This document shows positions 35,868 to 49,541 of a stretch of DNA of 64,000 bases, in pieces. Below the pieces are notes generated by a model that was given only the letters and a program-made list of their open reading frames with translations, ran no database searches and was not told the DNA's origin. The DNA comes from Podospora anserina (Eukaryota). Location: contig CM030332.1 in assembly GCA_017654855.1 (NCBI GenBank), forward strand, positions 6,510,001-6,574,000. Direction: 5' to 3'. The position numbers were made by a program, and so were the translations under genes. Within the stretch, counting starts at the first letter, position 1. Each line of letters opens with the position of its first letter.

Positions 35868-37201
35868 TCATTGACTTTCCCTCGCCTTTATCCTCTTACT
35901 CACCCTTCTGGTCGTCGTACTCGTCGTCGAAACCTGCGACACCTGCGAGCTAAGCGTCAATCCATCCATTACATCCTCCATTTTGACATCTTCATCCCTT
36001 TGCTGCGACTCCTCCTCCTTGACAGCCTTTCTTTTTCTCGTGCTCGAAACCGTCAACTCCTCATTTTTCACCACTCTTGCCACTTCTTGCTTTACCACCT
36101 TCTCCTTCTTCACAACCACGTCGGCATTTTCCTTGTCCTCTTCTTCTTCTTTCTTCCCCTTCTTTCCTGTCTTCGCCTGCTCAGCAAACGACTTGAGGTT
36201 AGCAGTGAAAAGAACACTCTGCGCCCAACCCGCGTACTCCCCCCAGATGTTCCTGAAATGATCCCCTACACTCTCATACATCCCCTTTGTAAAAGTTTTG
36301 CTTTTGGACTTTCCACCGAAATTGTAATCTCGCTGTGCGATCTGCCAGACGTGCGTATCGATTGGAACAGATTCCCACCACCCCAACCCCATCAAACAAA
36401 CACAATCAGACACTTTGGGTCCAACACCTGTTAGTTCAAGCAATGCCTCATGTGCCTTGCGATAAGTGGGCTTCTCCCCAGGTTGAAACTTGGGGTTATC
36501 CGCTGGTGGTACGGCCGGGTTGCGAATTTGATCCAACCACCCTTTTGGTCGTTGCTGAGAGATGATTTGCGCGGTATCGGCGATGTATTTGGCGCGGTAG
36601 CCAAATCCGAGAGAGCGGAGGTGGGATTCAACCTCTGGTCCGGAGAGGGCTTCTGGTGAGGGGAAGTCATGGAAGGGTTCCCCTGATATAGTGGTGATGT
36701 AAGGGCCGTAGTGGAGGCAGAGGTTGTTCACCATGGAGGTGATTCGGGAGATGTTGTTGTTGGAGCTGCAGATGAAGGAGATGAGGGTTTCCCAGGCGTC
36801 TTGGTTTAAAATGCGGATGCCGGTGAAGGAGGAGCAGCGCCGAGCGAAGTTGGGGTCGGTGATGGACCATTGGGTGTAGAGCTGGGTGAGTGGAACGCCG
36901 AGGGAGAGGTAGGATTGTAAGAGGGGGAGGGTGGTTTCATGTGGGGGTGGGTTGATGGCGGGGAGGGTGGATTTGTATGAGAGATGAGTTGGAGATTGGG
37001 TCAGGGTGATGAGGCGGTTGGAGAGGACGCAGTGCCATTCATTGTTTATTTTACGCCAGCGGAAGGATTCTAAAGGGGGTATGAGTATGGTGGTGATGAA
37101 GTGGATGGATGAGAGCGGTGATACATACGTCCACAGCGAAGGGTTGTGTCGATACAGAGCTCGGCTAGGCTCAGGGGTAATTTTCGCCATTCGGAGGCCA
37201 T
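35868..37201 (-). CDS. OGG1: 8-oxoguanine DNA glycosylase/AP lyase; exons 37201-37129 and 37069-35868
   Basis: MASEWRKLPLSLAELCIDTTLRCG|QSFRW across intron 37128..37070 (GTATGT...TTTAG). Also GIRILNQDAWETLISFICSSNNNISRI, LGFGYRAKYI, and the HhH-GPD motif LTGVGPKVSDCVCLM...VPIDTHV. Confidence 0.95.
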
Positions 37202-37582
37202 TGTGAGATGGTAGATTGCTCCGCTGAGCTACAGGAAGGGATGAATGAGAGTTTTGGACTGAAAAGTGAGGAATATTCAAAGAACCTCAGGAGTGAGCTT
37301 TGAATAGAGATATACCAAGCTCGCACTGCCTGCCTGGAGATGTTGCTGGCTGAGGAACCAGGGGCAACTGCAATTGGAGCTAGGCCCCACTCGGCTTAGT
37401 GTAGCTGGGGAGTGTGCCAAGCATCCGCATGGTCCAGGTTCGCCATCCCAAAAAAGTTCCAGCCTCGCGACAACCTTTGAGACTGACTTGACGACTCGCA
37501 TCACAGCTTTTTTCGGCAACCATTTTTACCGAAAGTCCTGCACCCAAACATCAATTCTGGTTTACCGGGACTGGCAGCAGAG

Positions 37583-39601
37583 ATGAACGGAGATAACTAC
37601 TCCTCCAGAGGTTTGTTTTTTTTCTGCTGTCCAATTGGGCAGCTCCGCAGCTAACCGACGCGCAATAGACAGTGGTCGTTACGGCTCATCTCGCGATCAT
37701 CAGGTGAGTTGGCTACATGCATCACAATTCTTCTCGGCGATAGTGCTTACAATTTATAGTCCTCCAGACGTGATCGCGACGATAGACGCGACCGTGGTGA
37801 CCCCCGCGACAGCAGAGGTAGCAGGAGACGGTCCAGATCCCCACCAGATTATCGTAGCGGCGGTAGATCTCGTCGCGACGAAGGTGCTGGCGGCGGAGAT
37901 GTCGACGCATATTCTTCCAGCCGAAGCCATCGTGATAGAGAGCGCGAGGACCGATACACTGGAGGACGGGATCGCCGAGGAGGGGACCGTGGCGGTGATA
38001 GGGAATGGGACCGGGACAGAGGTGGCAGAAGCAGGCGTGACGACGACGATGGGAGACGCGAGCGCCGCGGGGAGCGCCCTGATCGGGATGTTATCGACGA
38101 TCGCCGGGGTGGTGGAAGACGCGGTGGTGGCGATAGGGACGCCGACAGAGAGAAGGAAAGGGAACGCCGTCGCAGTGCATCGCCGCCCCCCAAGAAGCGC
38201 GAACCCACTCCCGACTTGACCGATATCGTGCCGATCCTCGAACGCAGACGACGTCTTACACAATGGGATATCAAACCACCCGGATACGACAATGTCACGG
38301 CCGAACAAGCCAAGCTTTCGGGCATGTTCCCGCTTCCAGGAGCCCCCAGACAGCAGGCCATGGATCCAACGAAGTTGCAGGCCTTCATGAGCCAGCCAGG
38401 TGGAGCGGTCAATAGCGCTGCTCTCAAGCCCACGAACTCCCGCCAGGCCAAGCGCTTGATTCTGTCAAATATCCCCGCCTCAGCAACCGACGACAGCATC
38501 GTCAACTTCTTTAACCTACAGCTCAACGGCTTGAACGTCATTGAGCAGACGGACCCATGCCTTCTCTGCAACATCTCCCCAGACCGGTCGTTTGCTATGC
38601 TTGAGTTCCGCAACAATACAGATGCGACGGTGGCGCTGGCTCTCGACGGCATCACGATGGATGCTGATGATCACCAGGCGAACGGAAACGGTGCTGCGGC
38701 CACAGGGTTGAAGATCCGTCGGCCGAAGGATTACATTGTCCCTGCGATCGTGGAGGACCCCAACTATGACCCCGACTCCAGTGTGCCATCAACCAATGTT
38801 GTTGATGGCCCGAACAAGATCAGTGTTACCAACATCCCTCCTTATCTCACCGAAGATCAGGTTATGGAGCTTCTCGTTAGCTTTGGCAAGCTTAAGTCGT
38901 TTGTGTTTGTGAAGGATAATGGCACACAAGAGCCAAGGGTAAGCATTCTGGACATGTCAGTTGAATGTTCTACTCTAACATAGCATAGGGCATTGCGTTC
39001 TTGGAGTACGCCGATTCCAGCGTCACGGATGTTGCAATCAGTGGTCTCAACAACATGATGCTTGGAGAGAAGGCGCTCAAGGTTCAGAAGGCCAGCATTG
39101 GCATCACCCAGGTTGCTGGTGAACTCAGTGTCAACGCCATGTCTATGCTTGCTGGTACTACTCCCTCGGACAATGACGCCGGTAGAGTCCTCCAGCTCCT
39201 AAATATGGTCACTGCGGATGAGCTCATGGATAACGATGATTACGAAGGTTTGTCGCTTCTTCTGCTTTGTATCATTACTTTGTGGGTTGCTAACGTCATG
39301 AACCAGAAATTCGTGATGATGTACAAGAGGAGTGCGAGAAGTTTGGCAAGATCCTCTCCCTCAAGATTCCTCGGCCGGTCGGTGGCAGCCGACAGTCAGC
39401 CGGCGTGGGCAAGATCTTCATCAAGTTCGAGAACCATGAAGCTGCCAACAAGGCTCTTCGGGCTTTGGCCGGGCGGAAGTTCGCTGACCGGACTGTGGTG
39501 ACGACATATTTCCCCGAGGCATGTCCTACCAACTTACTGAGCCCATCGAGTATGAATGCTAACAATGACCACAGGAGAACTTCGATGTTAATGCGTGGTA
39601 A
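37583..39601 (+). CDS. U2AF2: Splicing factor U2AF large subunit (U2AF65); exons 37583-37610, 37669-37703, 37760-38938, 38989-39247, 39307-39518, 39575-39601
   Basis: RS/RD-rich N-terminus, ULM RRLTQWDIKPPGY, two RRMs (LKIRRPKDY), and a C-terminal UHM (VLQLLNMV...VGKIFIKF...GRKFADRTVVTTYFPE|ENFDVNAW*). Five introns with branch sites keep the frame. Confidence 0.94.
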
Positions 39602-40765
39602 GAAGGCACGGAAGGGGAGGATTGGTATGGTTGTAGATTGCCAACTGGCGGGAGGGTAAAGCGGTCACTCAAAGGTTCAGCAGTTCTCTAATCACGGTAG
39701 AGATGCAATGTACAATTATCTAGCGAGGTCTGGGAAGGAGTGCAATGCATTTGAGTCGGTTAGAGTCGGTGATACAGTACGGTAATCATCTTGTTGCATT
39801 TGGACACCGATAATACGATGCTCTGTGCAGGATTTGTGATGACCGTTCCGCCTACCAAGAGCTGGATGTGTTCGATGAGATTGTGGATTGATCCTAAATA
39901 CCCCCAAGCTATGATCTGGAGGGAATATCATAAGAGAGACATCAGGCATTGATTCAGGCATCAAGAAGTAGTGGACAAATGAATTATTACATGTTATTAT
40001 GCTAAACAGCCATGAAGGCTCTAATCATCTATTTCGCAAACGCCAAGTCATAAGATCTATTGTCATGTTAGCCATGTTCAGAGACAGGTGATAAGAACAT
40101 GATATGATGAGAGCCAAAATCAGAAGTCCTGTTAAATCATCGAGCCCCGAAGGACTCTAGCATAAGAGGTACCAGAATATAATTGTAATGTGTTTGATCA
40201 TCATGTAAGGCTGGGGGGAGGTGCAGATTGCGCAGTGATAAAACGTACCATGATGAAAAGTGTGTCGAGTCGACTGCTGTTGTGAGTTCCATGCAGGACC
40301 AGTCCCTGTGTCGACCCCAAAAAATCATGCCTTATCCCCGTACATTCTGCCGCAAGTATCACGTCGCAGTTGGGAGGAACGACGCATGCTTTCTCGAGAA
40401 GACCGAGCCGCAGTGGTTGTCGTGTGGTGCAGAACAAGAGGAAGTGAAAGAGCTGCGAAAAATTTCTAGATTTAAACATCGAAGCTCCAGTCTCCACCAG
40501 CTCCGAAGCTCCGCCAAGAGTTCGGTGGGACATTCATTTCACGTGACCCAGCGTCAGCTGTCTGGCCAATCACAGTATGACCCTAAGCTTGGCGGTCCCA
40601 ATTTTTCCGCCCACAGAGTCCGGAATATCCCTTCGGCCTGGGGTAAATTTCACGAACGTCTGTTGAAACCTCTGCTTGATTTTCGAGACCGACCAGCCAG
40701 CGCCAAATCCGCCCAACGAACGATCCGTCAACAGTCGATCACCACCTCAAAAACCACCAGCCAAA

Positions 40766-41562
<797 letters not shown>

Positions 41563-42080
41563 GCGATGAGACGGTGATTACGGCCGAGCCGAGGACAGTT
41601 GAACCTCTCGGTGAGGTGGTATTGGGTGGTGATATGGATCTCTTGGCTGGGAAAATAACAAATACCCCTTGTGTATCTTTTGCAGGTTTGGTAAACCACA
41701 CGGCCATACGGAGTCGGGGAGTCACGGGGAATGGAAAGGAAACTTGCATTTCACGGCTAGATCTTTTTATACAAACTGCGAATTGCACAGGAGGGTATCC
41801 AAGTTCATATTATGTCAAGTGTGGTCTCTGAATTGCATGTGCCATGCCGAAGTCAACCTTGATGATAACACGTCGCAATGCTTTGCTTTTCATTGCTGCA
41901 GTCCAAATGCCAATTCGGTGTCTCCTATGTTCGAAATTGCAATGACCATTCGCCCGAACGCCATATTTCCCGTCCATAGCCGCCTTTTCCTCTTCATGAA
42001 GTTGAACCTTGTCCATTTCCCGCAGTCGCCTCTTATTTTCGCATTTCTTACAGCGCGGTCGGTGACATCGCGAAGAAATT

Positions 42081-42718
42081 CTACTCCCCCTTTTGCCCTC
42101 CCTGCTGCTCAATCTCGTTGCTTCTCTGGAGGAGATACTCCCCCAGGACTCTCAATGGGTCTTTTGGTCTGTCATTGTACTATCAGTCACTTCGCCCTTC
42201 TCGCCTGCCATACACTCAGTGGGACAAGAGGACTTACTGCTCCCTGGCAACGAGCTTCATACCCTCCAGCAAAACACCCGTGATCTTGGAGTTGATGTAC
42301 TGCCTAACTGGCGCGCCGTGGAGAGGGGGTTCAGAGGGCATCGGGATGGTAGTTGTTTGAGCGGTGGTGTTGGTTGGAGGGGGGACAGTAGCTTGTTGTT
42401 CTGGTGGGTGAACGGAGGTTGCGCGCGAGTTGGAGGCTGTTGCTGGCGCGGTGAAGCCTGGGATGTGGGGGAGAGGGATTGGGGTGGTTGTTCGGGGTGT
42501 TGGGGTGCTGCTGTGGGGAAGCGGAGGGGGTTGTTGTTGTTGCTGTTGCTGCTGCTGCTGATTGCGAGGGAGAGGCATTGTTAGAGATTTGTCGCTGTAA
42601 GGGGGTGGGAAGGGAGACGTACTGGGGCTGATGGCGCATCGGTCATGGGGGTGTCGATTGATGGGTTGACAAGGCTATTTGTGGCTTCTGGGAGAGGAGG
42701 TTGTTGGTGATCTGCCAT
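42081..42718 (-). CDS. SDC1: DPY-30/Sdc1 subunit of COMPASS (Set1 H3K4 methyltransferase complex); exons 42718-42623, ~42557-42238, 42168-42081
   Basis: Dpy-30 motif HGAPVRQYINSKITGVLLEGMKLVARE|QPKDPLRVLGEYLLQRS after splicing GTACGT...CTAAC...CAG and GTAAGT...CTGAT...CAG introns. Confidence 0.88.
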
Positions 42719-43117
42719 TGTTGAGATTTGTGGGGCGGGTGTATATAGGTCTTGAACAAACAGAGTGAGGGTTGGCGGTGACAAGTCTCGGCGACAAGGT
42801 AGCTTGTCATGATGCGATTGCGATTTGCGATTTTGGTGGAGGAGCTCTCAGTCTGGAAGCTCCAGCTTCGGTTCGTGCTTTGCGCAAATTGCCCCACCTT
42901 TGTTGACACGCAGTCACGGGATTTGGTGTTAGTTTGGCTTTTTGGCTCAATGATTTGGACAAGGGGGGTCGCGCTTTTCGTCCTTCTGCCTGGTTTGCAT
43001 TTTTTGGTGGAATGGCTACCGAAAAGGCACGGCTGGAGTGAGGACATGCAACCTTCTTTCTCTTTGTATCCACCATGATACCACAGAGCCTTGGTTCTGT
43101 TTCTTCTCTTATACGCA

Positions 43118-45762
43118 ATGGATCGTTTTGTGCAGCGATCCAAGTCTAACACGAGCCGGTCACCGCTTGCCACTGGATCCGGAAATTCCAACAAGAGGCC
43201 TGAGGGAGCTGCGCAACGGACTACTCCAACGAAACGGAGAAGGGTTGCCGAGCTGAAGGAGAGCGGTGATGAAGACGATGAATTTGACTTGCCAACCTTG
43301 ACCAAGAGTATCAGGGACAGCGAGGATGAAGCCCCCAAAATGCCACCACGCCAAACAGCAATTGAGAGCTCTTTGCCGGCTGTCCCGATAGATAAAGAAG
43401 CGATAGAGCAGTATGAGGCCATGCGCTCCTCTCAACCACAGATCGATGAAGACAATACCACTACCAGGTTCGAAAAGCGGCAATGGGTCCCAGGAAAGAG
43501 CTCCATCTATGTCGATGCCTTCAACCTTGCATTGGAGACCGTCTTGGAGGATGAATCGCCTTTGTTTGATATCAAAGAGAAGCATGTCTTTGAGCAATGG
43601 CGAGGCTTGAGCTATGAGACTCAGTATTTGTGCGTGCAATTTCAATCCATCATCCATACCACTTTCTGACAAGGTACAGGTATGTACGTCTCTTTCTGCG
43701 CAAGACTGCCTCTTGGCATCGCGTGGAACGACTGCAGTCTTCTTACAGCAACGATATCACCGATGTTGATCTTGCTATTGAGAACCTTTTGGAGCCCCGG
43801 GAGTTGCCAGGTGACAGCAGTAATTCTCCAGAAGAGACACGATCTGAGGGTCTCGAAGTGTGGTCATTGGGCGACACTTTTACCTTTGCGGATGACTCTC
43901 AAGAATACATCAAAACTATGGCAGACGCCACTCCTTTGTTGAGTCTTGACGAACTCAAGGCACTTGCAAAGGATGCCAAGGTTAAGGGGAAGAACAAAAC
44001 CGATCTAGTCAAGGCGCTCTGTCACACAAGTGCTCGACAGGCCGGCTTGCTGTCCTTGGGTCTAAGTCGACAAAATACTAATGAATCGATAGCCTCGAGA
44101 GACCAGGAGCCAGAAGACAGTCAAGAAAAAACGGAAGTAAACAGGGATTCTCACTTTCTCAGGAAGATACTTGCTACCACAGGGCCACTCATCAGGCTCT
44201 CCGAGTCCATCTTCAAACTCTTCGAGCGTGTTCATCTGGTCTTCTACCGGTCAACCGAATGGACCGAGAACTCACTGACGGCGATCATCCTGGCTAAGAT
44301 TGCACGAAGGAACTACCCAGACTATATCGTCTGCAGATCCTCCAACATATTCGACTCCCGCCAGAGCCTCCTGGAATTCGAGCTCTCGATGCGCAAAGAC
44401 TTCGAGGTGGACAAGGTTCTCGAGTTCAATGGCCCACCAGGTGAAGCAGGGTTCCTCAAGGTCCTCGATATCTTTGAGGGCATAGCTGAACGATGGAGAG
44501 AACTTCTCAGGCAGGAACAGCACCGCGAAAATCATGTATACGAGTTTGGCGAAGGGAGTTACCTTCGTCGATTCAACGCAGCTCACGCCTTCACTCGGGT
44601 CGCTCACAAAGCTGCCTACGTCCTTGGCCGTCTACACCGATATCGGGAAGAACACGCACTTCTCACCGAATTGCTCAGTCAGCATCTCTTCCATCCAGCC
44701 CGCCGCGGATCGTGGTATCAACGCAAGGCCTTACTGGAGGAACGGTACATGTGGGAAGTGGATCCAGACCCTGTGTCAACCAGTCCCGAAACTCAGAAGA
44801 AGCACTGGCAACAGATTGCCCTCATCACCTGCGAGACGGGACTGGAGGATAGAGACTGCCACCTGATCTATCACTACGACCTCCAAAAGCGCCTTCTCAA
44901 GCTTGAAAAGAGATTACGGGTGCCACGTCGTCTGCAGCATGACTTTGGTCATGTAAAGCTACGGGAACCGGAAGAGCATAACGTTCAGGGCATCCAGTTG
45001 GTCCGAGATGATCCGGATCCCAAAGGCAAGAACGGCCGCGGCCTGAGCACCAAGACGACGTGGCTCGACGAACTAGGCAAGCTTGACGAGGATGGAGAAC
45101 CAGCTCATGTCAGTGTTGAGGAGATGTGCCTATCATACTATCGCCACGAGGGCTGGAAAGGCTACCACAGTGAAGGTGGAATTCTCCGAACATTGTTTGC
45201 TTACTTGTTCTTCGACATCTTATTCGTCTATGTTCCCAATGTTTTCCAAACGGCTTTCCAAACATGCCCCCTCGATCTCCACACGGATGCATTCTACCCA
45301 GCCCGGGCCAGTCTGATCAACCATCGGCTTGTCGAGATTGCCAACGGTGGTGGCGAGAAGATTTTGCGGGAGGTTTACGAGCGGGAGCATGAGAGGCAAA
45401 CCTGCGTGGTAGGTTTGAACTGGGACTTTGAAATCGAGGACTTGGTAGAGTTGGTCTCCTGTTTCAACAGGGCTGCCCTTGCTGCCGTATGCAAAGTCAT
45501 GTCAGAAGACTATAGGGCACGCGGAGGCGGTGTGCCAGATCTCGTGCTGTGGAGGACAGCCGGAGACGAAGCCCAAACCAATCGAGATGGCATCATCAAC
45601 AACAACATTGACCGAAAAGGAGAGGTCATGTTTGCCGAAGTCAAGAGTGCAAACGACCGCCTCAGTGATACACAACGACTATGGATCCACGTACTCACAG
45701 GCGCAGGAGTGAGGGTTGCGCTGTGCAATGCCGTGGCACGAGAGGTGCGAACATTGCTGTGA
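43118..45762 (+). CDS. FAN1: Fanconi-associated nuclease 1 (VRR-NUC domain); exons 43118-43629 and 43680-45762
   Basis: SIYVDAFNLALETVL, QYL|YVRLFLRK across intron 43630..43679, a SAP-like region, SVEEMCL...GYHSEG, FQTCPLDL, and the PD-(D/E)xK motif GGVPDLVLW...FAEVKSANDRLSDTQRLW. Confidence 0.95.
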
Positions 45763-48467
45763 TGGAAACATCACATCACATTGTTTCTCGGCCCTACTGG
45801 AGGACATCACGCTCCTCCGTCGAAGTGTGACAAGATGGAAATAGCAACATGCGTTCCTTGGTCCTGGGTTCGTCACGGAGATACCGAGCAATATCATATG
45901 GCTACTAACCTCAAGCACTCCATGCGGCACAGCTTCAAGGGTTCTGGCGGAGAGACCATCGCCGGGTTAGAGTTGGGATGCATGGTAGCACACGTGGAGG
46001 CCTAGGAAACACAAGATCACAGAGTCCCAAATATAGGAAGTTCATCACGACGGTTCGTTTCAAAACGTTCTACCCGCCTTCGAAACATGCAGATGCAGAG
46101 ATCCCGTCGGCGTCAGGATTCAGGGGATTGATTCGACGTGAGAGACCCCCGGATTCGTTTCAGTTTCAGATTGTGGGTTCCGTTTCAGTCGAATTATCCC
46201 TCTTGCCCTTCCACTCGGCTACGGCTTCGTCACATTCTCTCGAGATTGGACTTTGTCCTTAGGTAAAATACGCAAAAAGATACAATCTAATCTCTTTCGC
46301 TTGGGTGGGCTCTCTCGAGGGCAGACTCCCCAGATCATCTTCTGCACGGTCAATTTGGGGGGAAGGGCCAATGAGATGCGGTAGCTGGGAATTTCCGGAG
46401 TGCTTTGCTGACGCGCGCTGCGCACACCGAGAGACCGCATCTGCTCACCCTGGCTTTTCTCCAAGGTGGTGTCCTTTTCAAAATCAGAGCCGTTGCGGGA
46501 GATTGTCTGTCTCTGGGCTAGCTTCCTCAGCCGAATTCCGATGCAAGAGATGCCGTCAACCGCTCTCTTGCAGGAGGAAAAAGATGCCTACCTACGGAGC
46601 AGGGCTTCGGGGAGGAGGGTGCTTGCTACGCAACAGCAAGCTCTGTGATATCTCGATATGAGCCAGATCACCGGGACAGCGAACAGGAAGCTCATAGCAG
46701 CAAACGAACACCTAGAATCTAATCATTCTTGATAACCCCCTATCCCGATGATCATCAGCGTTCCAGCCCTTTCATCCTAGCGAAAAGAAAAAAAGTCCAT
46801 CTCAAACAGCCAGCTTCAAAGATGCGGTCCGGACGCAGTCCCGCCGGGCGCTTAACTCCCCCCCAAATCCAGCCAATCACGGCGTCCGCGCCAGGGGGGA
46901 TAAGCTGCAAATGCAGTGACGACACACACGGAAAGAGGAACAAATTTTGGAGAGAGAGAGAAAGAGAGGAGGGCAAAGATGCCGCCCCACTCTGACTGTT
47001 GAGTTGAGCGCTTAGCTACCCTGGTAGTTACTGGGGAGCGGACCAGTCACGGCGGCCCGTGGGGCATGACCATGCGGGCGGATTTTTATGGGGATTTTGC
47101 GCTAGGGGGGCAAGGCTAGGCTGTTCTGGGATAGGTAGGGGTGTTGCTGCTTTAAGAATTTGGGTTGGGGGGGAGGGAGGAGGCAGCTTGGGATGCTCGC
47201 TGCCGAGCACTTGGTACCGCAGTTTTGTTCTCATCATTTTCAAGAGAAGATCATAAAAGTCCTAAGAATAGTTTTGTGTTTGACGAAGGAGAAGGACTCT
47301 TGAATGAAGATGATCAAAAGCAGAAACTACACCTTGCGTACTATAACCGCCTTGCTGCTGCTGCCCCTCATTAAACCTCAAAAAAGCTCCAAAATGACAC
47401 CAACCACTTAATAACACCATACGTAGCATCCAGCTTGTCACCTGCCTGTCACTTTTGCTTGTCTGCCTCCTCCTCAACAAGCAAGCAAACCAACATGTTG
47501 AAATCTGGGCATTGCATGTCTAAGAAAGTTCAAGATTTTCGCCTAGACATTAGTAGAGAGATTAGATCCCGCAAGTTTAAAGGTAGGTAGATGATGCACA
47601 TGTGCGCAATACACACCTGGTCGTGGGATTTGGCCGGCCTTGGAGATCATCACCACCAACACCGCCAGGGACCAGCATAAAAATCTCGAATCAGTGTAAT
47701 TTTAGGGTTTGTTTGTATCGAAGCTCCTGGGAAAAATTAATTTGTGAAAAAGGGGCGGATGGAGAAATGGACCAAACAGCTTTTGCTACAGGCAGTGCTG
47801 TCGACGCCCGCCCATGATCGATAACACACTTCTCACACGAAAGAAAGAAAAAAAGAAAATGGAAACAGCAGGTACAAAGTATTTACTAGGAATCCTAACT
47901 TCATTCCCAATTCTCTTTCTGACAAACCCGTGTGTCATACTCGAGAAAAGCTAGACCTAAAGCCTAAGCTACATCCATCCAGTCCAGTCCAAAGCACAAT
48001 CCCGGAAAATTCCTACCCCTCCCAATCCATATATCTTCCTCCATCTCCCAACAGGTATTGGTATCGATAAAAAAAATGACGCCGCCCTGCAACGCCAGAT
48101 TGTCCGCCCCCCGTCTCCCTTTCTTTGCGCCCGGTGACCCCTTTCCATCATAAAGAAGTCTTGTCCTGTCCAGTAACTCCGACTAGATAGTAGTACCAAT
48201 AGTGTGTTGTCCTCCTTGACGCCAGTAAAAGAAAAAAAAAAAAGGAAGTTTTTGTAGCTGTGTTCGTCCATTCGTGAGATGATGAAGCCTCCGCAAAGCG
48301 CTGTTATGTTGTGGTGTGCGGTAGTTGTGTAAAACAAAAGAGATGGCGGCGATGGTGCTAATGGCTGGCTTGTGCGCAGCATCCGTGGTATTATTCTAAC
48401 ATGGTCCCGGTTCCTTGTGGCGGTAACATCATGTGGTTGGTTTCCATAAAGTTTCGCTCTTGGGACT

Positions 48468-49541
48468 TCATGACTTGGCGGCGGTGATGCTGGCTTCTGG
48501 GTCGATCTTTCTCCTCTTGCCTTTTGGCGCTGGCGCCATTCTTGGTGTGTATGTCACTGTCCTTGTCACGACCTCACGAATATGTCGTACGCTCGATCTC
48601 GAATCCTTCTTTGCGTGTTTATGTGGGCTGCTCGTACTCGCGGCACCACCAGCAGGTGCGCTAGCGGCAGTGGTGGGCGTTTCTGGTTCTGCGGGGCGCT
48701 TCAAGCCAGGAGATAGCGCCAACCGTCGAGATTTGAGCGCCGCCTCCCAGTCAAACGCTGGTGACCTGACTGAGGCAGTGCTCAGTGGTGATCTTGGCGA
48801 GTAAAGGCCTGCGGTGGAAATGGCCGGAGAAGCAGGGAGCTTCATGCTTGGGAATACTGTTGCGTTCGCCCCAGCGGCGGGAGCAGAAAGCGGGCAGTTC
48901 GAAGAACCTCGTGGGGCGTTGGACAGCTTGATATCGATGGGAGCAGGTCTGGGAGTTTTTGTCTTTTCCACCTCCTCCTCTTTCACCTTGACTTTCTCGT
49001 CACACCCGCAGCTGAGATCTGAGCGTGCTGTTGATGGGCCACTGTCGATCTGTTCGCCCTTGTCCTTCTCTGAGTCATCAGAATCGGCTGTTTCGCTGCT
49101 GCTTGTGCTGCTGGTGCTGAGATTGCTGCTGGCGGTGCTGACAGTGCTGGTTCGGTTCAGAGCGGACTTTCCTGTCTGTGGTGGTGAGGCGAGAGCTGGT
49201 GAGACCATGGCCATTCCTCTGAGAAAGTCGGTATATGCTACCGGAGGTGTGATGGGCGTCTTTTGGAGGTCATGCTCAAGCTTGATGGTGGCGCTAAACG
49301 GAGCAGCGCTATACGGACCAGCAGAAAAAAGAGCGCTAAAGGGTCCGGCGGAAGGCAAACCGGCCGATGGGAGCGCAGAGGAAGGAATTGGGTCCCGGAA
49401 AGCCGATGTCCTGGAGACGGCCGACAGAGGAGTAGCTGAGGGAAGAGAGGTGGCAGACCGAAGCTCATGAGGCGGAGGCGGGATGTGTGGGAAGTTTGCC
49501 GTCTTGGGCGTCGATATCGTGAGGGTGGGTTTGGACGACAT
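48468..49541 (-). CDS. Ser/Pro/Thr-rich hypothetical protein (~357 aa), probably disordered and nuclear
   Basis: Long stop-free ORF from ATG 49541 (MSSKPTLTISTPKTANFP). Repeated PxSA motifs, TPITPPVAYTDFL, and C-terminal VRHIREVVTRTVTY...PAPKGKRRK (NLS-like). Confidence 0.8.
   Translation of the reverse strand: MSSKPTLTISTPKTANFPHIPPPPHELRSATSLPSATPLSAVSRTSAFRDPIPSSALPSAGLPSAGPFSALFSAGPYSAAPFSATIKLEHDLQKTPITPPVAYTDFLRGMAMVSPALASPPQTGKSALNRTSTVSTASSNLSTSSTSSSETADSDDSEKDKGEQIDSGPSTARSDLSCGCDEKVKVKEEEVEKTKTPRPAPIDIKLSNAPRGSSNCPLSAPAAGANATVFPSMKLPASPAISTAGLYSPRSPLSTASVRSPAFDWEAALKSRRLALSPGLKRPAEPETPTTAASAPAGGAASTSSPHKHAKKDSRSSVRHIREVVTRTVTYTPRMAPAPKGKRRKIDPEASITAAKS

Noticed and set aside
37130-37280. 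ORF-track N-terminus of OGG1 (MNIPHF.../MAKITPEP)
   Set aside because: The conserved OGG1 N-terminus (EWRKLP...LCIDTTLRCGQSFRW) is in another frame starting at ATG 37201 and is joined by a 59-nt intron.
40098-40300. ATGATGA C-box-like motifs upstream of RPS13
   Set aside because: No suitably placed CTGA D box, terminal stem or rRNA-complementary guide was found by eye.
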